Shown in pieces: positions 58,366 through 64,000 of a stretch of DNA of 64,000 nt. The position numbers were made by a program, and so were the translations under genes. Under the pieces are notes generated by a model. That model made no database searches, had not been told where the DNA came from, and was given only the letters and a program-made list of their open reading frames with translations. Numbering within the stretch: position 1 is the first letter of the stretch; each line of letters opens with the position of its first letter. The DNA comes from Mobula hypostoma (Eukaryota), in contig NC_086097.1 of assembly GCF_963921235.1 (NCBI RefSeq), positions 18,540,001 to 18,604,000 of the forward strand. Reading direction: 5' to 3'.

Positions 58366-59202
58366 GGTGCTGCTCTTTCCTATCTGTCTCTACCTTTTTG
58401 CTCTTCTCACCTAATATTATCTCTGATTTTCTTCCTAAACGTGTAGCCTGTCCAGTTCAGCATTCACATATTTATTTCAGGTTTACAGCAACTGTAGTAT
58501 TTTGCTGTACCATTAAATTGGCTGTACTTCAGGGTAAAGGTGGAGGAGAAGCAGTTTTGTACTCCAAGGGCAGCAGATTACCGAAACTGTCCATAGCCAC
58601 CAAGTAAGTTAGAATCTTCAATAGATGTGTGAAGTCAAAGCTCAGGTCAGTTGGGAGTAGTGTCGATGTCATATTTTGTCTCACAGTGCTCATTTAATCA
58701 TCAGTTTAACAAATCCCAATCTCACTTCCAGCTTGCTTGCCACAAACCTTTTTAAAGTGATTGAATAATTTAACACAAACTAATCTTGATAGAAGCATAT
58801 TCCTCATAGTTAAACCTCTGCAGGTAAAAGCAATCCCCAGATCTCCAGCATTCTGTGAATCTGGTTAAATATTCCTGCAGAGAATAAACACAGTTTAGGG
58901 AATTGTAGGAAAGCATAAGGAACATTTGGCCCTTCAAGTCTGTTTACTATCCAGCAATCTCCTGACTTGTACTTTAGCACTATTTTCCTATAATATCCCC
59001 ATAACCCTTAATTCATTTGATATCCAAAAATCTATAGTTAGAATTACTGAGCATCTTCAGTTTTCTAGGGGAGAGAATTCCAAAGATTCATCACCTTCTT
59101 GTGAAGAAATTTCTTCTCATTTCAGTCATAAATGGCCTCTCCAAAATTCCAAAACTAGACTCTATACTCCTCAGCTAGAGTATACATCCTCCTTGTACCC
59201 AT

Positions 59203-59430
59203 AAACGCAGGAGATTTGGAAGATGCTGGAAATCCAGAGCAACACACATATAAAGTGCTCATGGAACTATGAAAGATAGGCAGCATCTAAGAAGAGAAAT
59301 AGAGAGTCAATGCTCTGGGCTGAGACCCTTCATCAGGACAGGAATGTAAGTGGGGAAGAGGCAGAATCGAAAGGTGAGGAAAAGGGATGGAGGACAGGCT
59401 GGCAGATGATAGATGAGACCAGGTGAGGCG
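59203..59430 (-). mobile_element. Penelope-like pLTR fragment with degenerate hammerhead
   Basis: Minus strand tgtc-ctgatga-agggtctcagccc-agag-catt-gact. Confidence 0.65.
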
Positions 59431-59669
59431 GTGGCTTGATCCCAGCCTACTGAGGCCACTAAATATGTTACAAATTTCATTGAGATTTCCTGCATTCTTC
59501 CAGTGTAGGCCAACTCAATTCAATCTTTCTGCATGTGTCAAACCCTCCATTCTTGAACTCAGTGTAATGCTAAGTATATCCATGTTGAGGAAAAGGAAAC
59601 AAGACTCTACTTTGCAGGTGGGGTCTCTCCAAGTCTTTATAAAACAGCAGAAAGCCATCTTTACTCTTG

Positions 59670-60232
59670 CACAGAGTCCTAGAGTACAGCACAGAAATAG
59701 GCCACGCTGACTGGGATGCCTATCTACGTTAATCCCATTTCCCCGCATTAGGCCCATATCCCTCTGTTCCTTTTCCTTTCAAGTTCCTGTCCAAGTGACT
59801 TCTAAATGTTGTAATTGTATTGCTCCCACCATCTCCTCTGGCATCTCATTCCATATAACCACCAGCCACTGTGTGAAAAACTTGTCCCTGAGATCTCTTC
59901 TTAAATTCTCACCTCTCAACTTAAACTGATGCCAAGTTTTAGATTCCCCCACCCTCGTAAAAAGACCCCTTCTATGCCCCTCATAGTTTTATAAGCCTGT
60001 ATTGGGTCACCTCTCAGTTCTCTGCATTCCAGTGAGAATAAGCCCAGCCATTCCAAACTCTCCTCTATAAGTAAAACCCTGCATTCTAAGCAAAATTCTA
60101 ATGAATCTCTTCTGAGCTCTTCCTCACGCTAACACCGCCTTCCTGTCGTGTAGCAACCGGAACTGTACCCACTATTCCAAGTGCAGCCTGAACAGTGATT
60201 TGTACAGCGGTAATATAGATTCCCCAACACTT
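59670..60232 (-). mobile_element. Old CR1-like 3' fragment
   Basis: caccagccactgtgtgaaaaacttg and gaactgtacccactattccaagtg are reverse complements of FFTQ and HLE..VQF motifs. Confidence 0.7.
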
Positions 60233-60239
60233 ACACACA

Positions 60240-60500
60240 AGGCAACGCACACAAAATGCTGGGGGATCTCAGCAGGTCAGGCAGCATCTATGGAAATGAA
60301 TAAACGCTCGATGTTTTGGGTCGAGACAATTCTCCAAGGCTGAAAGAGAAGGGGGAAGATGCCACAATAAAAAGGTGAAGGGAGAGAGAAGGTGATAGAT
60401 GAAGACAAGTGGATGGAAAAGGTAAAAAGCTAGAGAGGAAGGCATCTGATACGGGAGGAGAGTGGACAATAGGAGAAAGGGAAGTAGAAGGGGGAAGTGA
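60240..60500 (-). mobile_element. Penelope-like 3' fragment
   Basis: cacacaaaatgctgg..cagcaggtcaggcagcatctatgg..gatgttttgggtcgagac plus a purine-rich tract. Confidence 0.65.
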
Positions 60501-61335
60501 AGGGCAGTTCTTAAAGCCTCAGCCTATGAAAACAAGCAAGTTGAATATCTCTATCAATGTGTTACTATTTTCAGTGTGCTATGAACTAATAGCCCCCCAC
60601 CCCAAGATACCTCTACATGAACAGTTGTGAGGTCTCCGCCATTGACAGTTTATCTGCTGTTGGTATCTGAAGTCCTAGACAAGATACCATTTGGCTTCCT
60701 ACAAGTTAGTGATTGTGGCTTTGGCACATGATTACCTAGGCCCCCTTCATTAGCAATTTTTTATCCTATTTCTCAAAGTTTAACAAATGCTCCAATCTTA
60801 TATATTTTCAACCACAGATGATCACATCACATTGTTCTACATTATGTTACCTCTGATATGTTCTTGGCCACATGTTGACCATATTGCATTGAAACTTCTT
60901 TACCTCCTTCTCCCTCACAATCCTATCTAAGTTTCTACCATCAGCAAATTTGTCCTCAGTCAAGTCGTATACTGCGATCATTCCCCACGCTACCTATTGC
61001 ATCACAACCTGATAATATCAAGATTCTTACTCTTTTCTTTCTGCCTGCTGACCATTTCTATGTCAGTATATTGCTCCCAGGTCTGTGTGCTCTGACCTGG
61101 TTGACTGAGTCCGCATATGTGTGGGCACGAGGCTTGGTGGATGGTAGGGAGGAAAGGGGCTTGTTTTTACTGTTGTTGTCTTGCTGTGCTCTGTGTTGTT
61201 CTGCTGAGCATTCTGGGCCGTCTATGTTGGGCACTGGAAAGTGCGGTGACACTTTCAGGCTGCCCCCAGCTCATCTTTAGGTTGTACTGATTGATAACAC
61301 AAAATGACACATTTGACTGCATGTTTTGATGTACG

Positions 61336-61950
61336 TTAGATTATGAGGGCACACAGTCCTCTTTTATTGTCATTTAGTAATGCTTGCATTAAGAAATGAT
61401 ACAATGTTCCTCCAGAATGATATCACAGAAACACAAGACAAATCAAGACTGAAAAACTGACAAAAACCACATAATTATAACATATAGTTACAACAGTGCA
61501 AAGCAATATCGTAATTTGATAAAGAACAGACCATGGGCACGGTAAAAAAAAGTCCAAAGTCTCTCAAAAGTCCCATCATCTCACGCAGACGGTAGAAGGA
61601 AGAGAAAAACTCTCCCTGCCATGAACCTCCAGCACCGCAAACTTGCCAATGCAGCACACTGGAAGCACCCGACCACAGCCGACTCTTGAGTCCGTCCGAA
61701 AACTTCAAGCCTCCGACACCGAGCACTACCTCTGCCGAGCGCTTCGACCCCGGTCCCAGCAACAGGCAATAGGCAAAGCCAAGGATTTGGGGCCTTCCCC
61801 TCTGGAGATTCTCGATTGCACAGTAGCAGTGGCAGCGAAGCGGGCATTTCAGAAGTTTCTCCGGATGTTCCTCTGTGCTTCTCACGTCTGTCTCCATCAA
61901 ATCAGGATTGTGCACGGCCCCTACTTAACAAATATGATATCATTTCGGAG
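61336..61950 (-). mobile_element. ~600-bp non-coding retroposon (copy 1)
   Basis: Colinear with 63212-63838; AATAAA and a short TCTAA tail on the minus strand. Confidence 0.75.
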
Positions 61951-62654
61951 CGGCAAAAAGGTGGCATCCATCATTAAGGACTCTCACCATCCAACTCATA
62001 CTCTCTTCTCATTAATTCCATCATGGAGGAGGTAGAGCAGCCAGAAGACCCATATTCAACATTTTAGGAACATGTGATTAATAATGAATCTGAATCTAAA
62101 GTTTCAGTGTGGGACATTATTAAAGGCCTTCTATAAATTCAAATCCATCACTATCATTAGGTTTCTGCTTCTACTTGTCAAAGAACTCCAGTAGATTAAT
62201 CAATTCTGATGTTCCTTTCATAAATGTATACTGGCTTTGATCAATGCTGATATTCTTTTCTTGGCGTCCTGTTATTACATCCTTCATTCGAAATTTCAGT
62301 GTTCCCCTGTTGCCTGTGCTACAGTAACAAATTGATAGTTCCATTTTCTCTCTTGTGTCCATCTAAAGGCATTTCCTGAATTCTTTAACCCATAGCAATA
62401 GTTCTGGAATCGATAGAATTTCAGAAGGTGATATCCAGAGTGCTTACTACTTCCATAGAAATCCCTTTCAAGGATCTTCAGATCATTAGGATTTATCATC
62501 TTTTAGACTCACCAACCTCTTTCATGCTAAGACTTTTTTCCTTCAGTTCCTCATTCTTGCCAGTCCCTTGGTTCTCTGGTATTCTTGGTAGGCTTTTGTT
62601 TTTAAATTCTGCTTCTATGAAAACAGAAAGTTATGTGGAATTTTTTCATTCCAG

Positions 62655-62860
62655 GACAGAAGAAACTGCAGATGCCGGGACCTGGAGCAACACAAAAAGC
62701 TCTGGAGGTACTCAACGGGTCAGGTAGCATCCGTGGAGGAAAATGGAGAGTTGACATTTTACATTGAAACGTCTCAGGTTCAGATGAAAGGTCTTGACCC
62801 TAAATGTCGACTGTCTCTTTACTCCAGAGATGCTGCTGAGTTCCTCCGGTGTCTATTGTA
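62655..62860. mobile_element. Head-to-head Penelope-like pLTR fragments
   Basis: ctgcagatgccggga..caggtagcatccgtgg (minus), then cagatga-aaggtcttgaccc-taaa-tgtc-gactg..gatgctgctgagttcctcc (plus). Confidence 0.6.
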
Positions 62861-62894
62861 GATATTTAATTTCTTTGCCATTTTGTTATTTTTC

Positions 62895-63980
62895 AGAATC
62901 AGGTTTATTATCACTGACCTATGTTGATTTGCTGCAGCAGTGCAGTGCAAGGCATAAAAATTACATAAAAAAACAAATAAATAGTCCAAAAGAGGTGGAG
63001 CAAAGCTGTGTTCATGGGTTCTTAGACCGTTCAGAAATCTGATGGCAGAGGGGAAGAAGCTGTTCCTAAGATGTTGAATATGGGTCTTCAGGCTCCTCTA
63101 CCTCCTCCATGATGGTATCAAAGAGAAGAGAGCATGAGTCGGATGGTGAGAGTCCTTCATGATGGATGCCACCTTTCTGGCGCACCACCCGTTGATGCCC
63201 TTAATGTTTCGATTAGATTAGATTAGATTAGATTATGAGGACACTCAGTCCTCGTTTATTGTCATTTCTTAATACATGCATGCATTAAGAAATGATACAA
63301 TGTTCCTCCAGGGTGATATCACAAAAAAAAAGGACAAACCAAAGACTAACACTGACAAGACCACATAATTATAATATATAGTTACAGCACTGCAAAGCAA
63401 TACCATAATTTGGTAAGGAGCAGACCATGGGAATGGTAAAAAAAGTCTCAAAGTTCCGATTGACTCCCGATAGTAGGCGACAGAAGGGAGAAACTCTCTC
63501 TGCCATAAACCTCCAGGCACCGACAACTGTTGATGCATTGGAAGCACCTGACCACAGCCAACCCTGAATCTGTCCGAAAACATCGAGCCTCCGACCAGCC
63601 CTTCGACACCGGGCACCGAGCACCATCTCTGCCGAGCGCCTCGATCTCATCCCGGCCGCCGAGCAACAAGCAAAGCCAAGGATTCGGGGCCTTCCCCTCT
63701 GGAGATTCCGGATCACACAGTAACAGCAGCAGCGAAAAAGGCATTTCAGAAATTTCTCCAGATGTTCCTCCGTTCTCTCACGTCTGTCTCCATCAAATCA
63801 GGATTGTGCACGGCACCCTACCTGACAGATTACAGATATTGGAAAGTGTTGTGTCTGTGATGGAGCTGTTTGAGTCTACAACCATCTGCAAACTCTTTCA
63901 ATCTTGCACATTGGAGCCTCTGTGCCAGGCGAAGATGCAACCAGTCAGAATGCTCTGTAGAAATTTTGGTGACATCCCTA
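62895..63980 (-). mobile_element. Rex1/Babar-like 3' end interrupted at 63212-63838
   Basis: cagaatcaggtttattatcactg tail; gatggcagaggggaagaagctgttcct; gatgcaaccagtcagaatgctct. Confidence 0.75.
63212..63838 (-). mobile_element. ~600-bp non-coding retroposon (copy 2)
   Basis: (ttaga)n at ~63212-63235; colinear with 61336-61950. Confidence 0.75.
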
Positions 63981-64000
63981 TCATAGATTCACCCATCTCT

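Noticed and set aside
61475..61915. 146-aa ORF with a similar ORF at 63369-63716
   Set aside because: The reading frame is not maintained between the two repeat copies and no domain is recognisable.
63212..63235. (TTAGA)n resembling a telomeric repeat
   Set aside because: It is not TTAGGG; it is the microsatellite tail of the adjacent retroposon.

Overview
Repeat-dense vertebrate genomic DNA with no recognisable host protein-coding gene. The repeat families suggest a cartilaginous fish (ray or shark); that assignment is inference. Most of the window is nested transposable elements. These include many CR1 LINEs (one young copy has an intact ~1000-codon ORF2 at 47926-50925), Rex1/Babar-like, RTE-like and L1/Tx1-like LINEs, two full-span Gypsy LTR elements (9407-13677 and 42955-53175), two probable solo LTRs, a retroviral pol remnant, Tigger and Tc1 relics, tRNA-derived SINEs and more than ten Penelope-like (PLE) 3' ends. 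Two signals stand out. (1) The PLE repeats carry a minimal type-I hammerhead ribozyme motif, and at 23756-24367 two such motifs sit in 155-bp direct repeats 457 nt apart, a retrozyme-like layout. (2) All three CR1 ORF1/ORF2 junctions in the window keep an in-frame U_UUA_AAC slippery heptamer just before the ORF1 stop; in the intact copy ORF2 is in the -1 frame and has no AUG for about 200 codons, which suggests programmed -1 frameshifting. Boundaries of degenerate elements are approximate, and family names come from motif recognition, not database searches.
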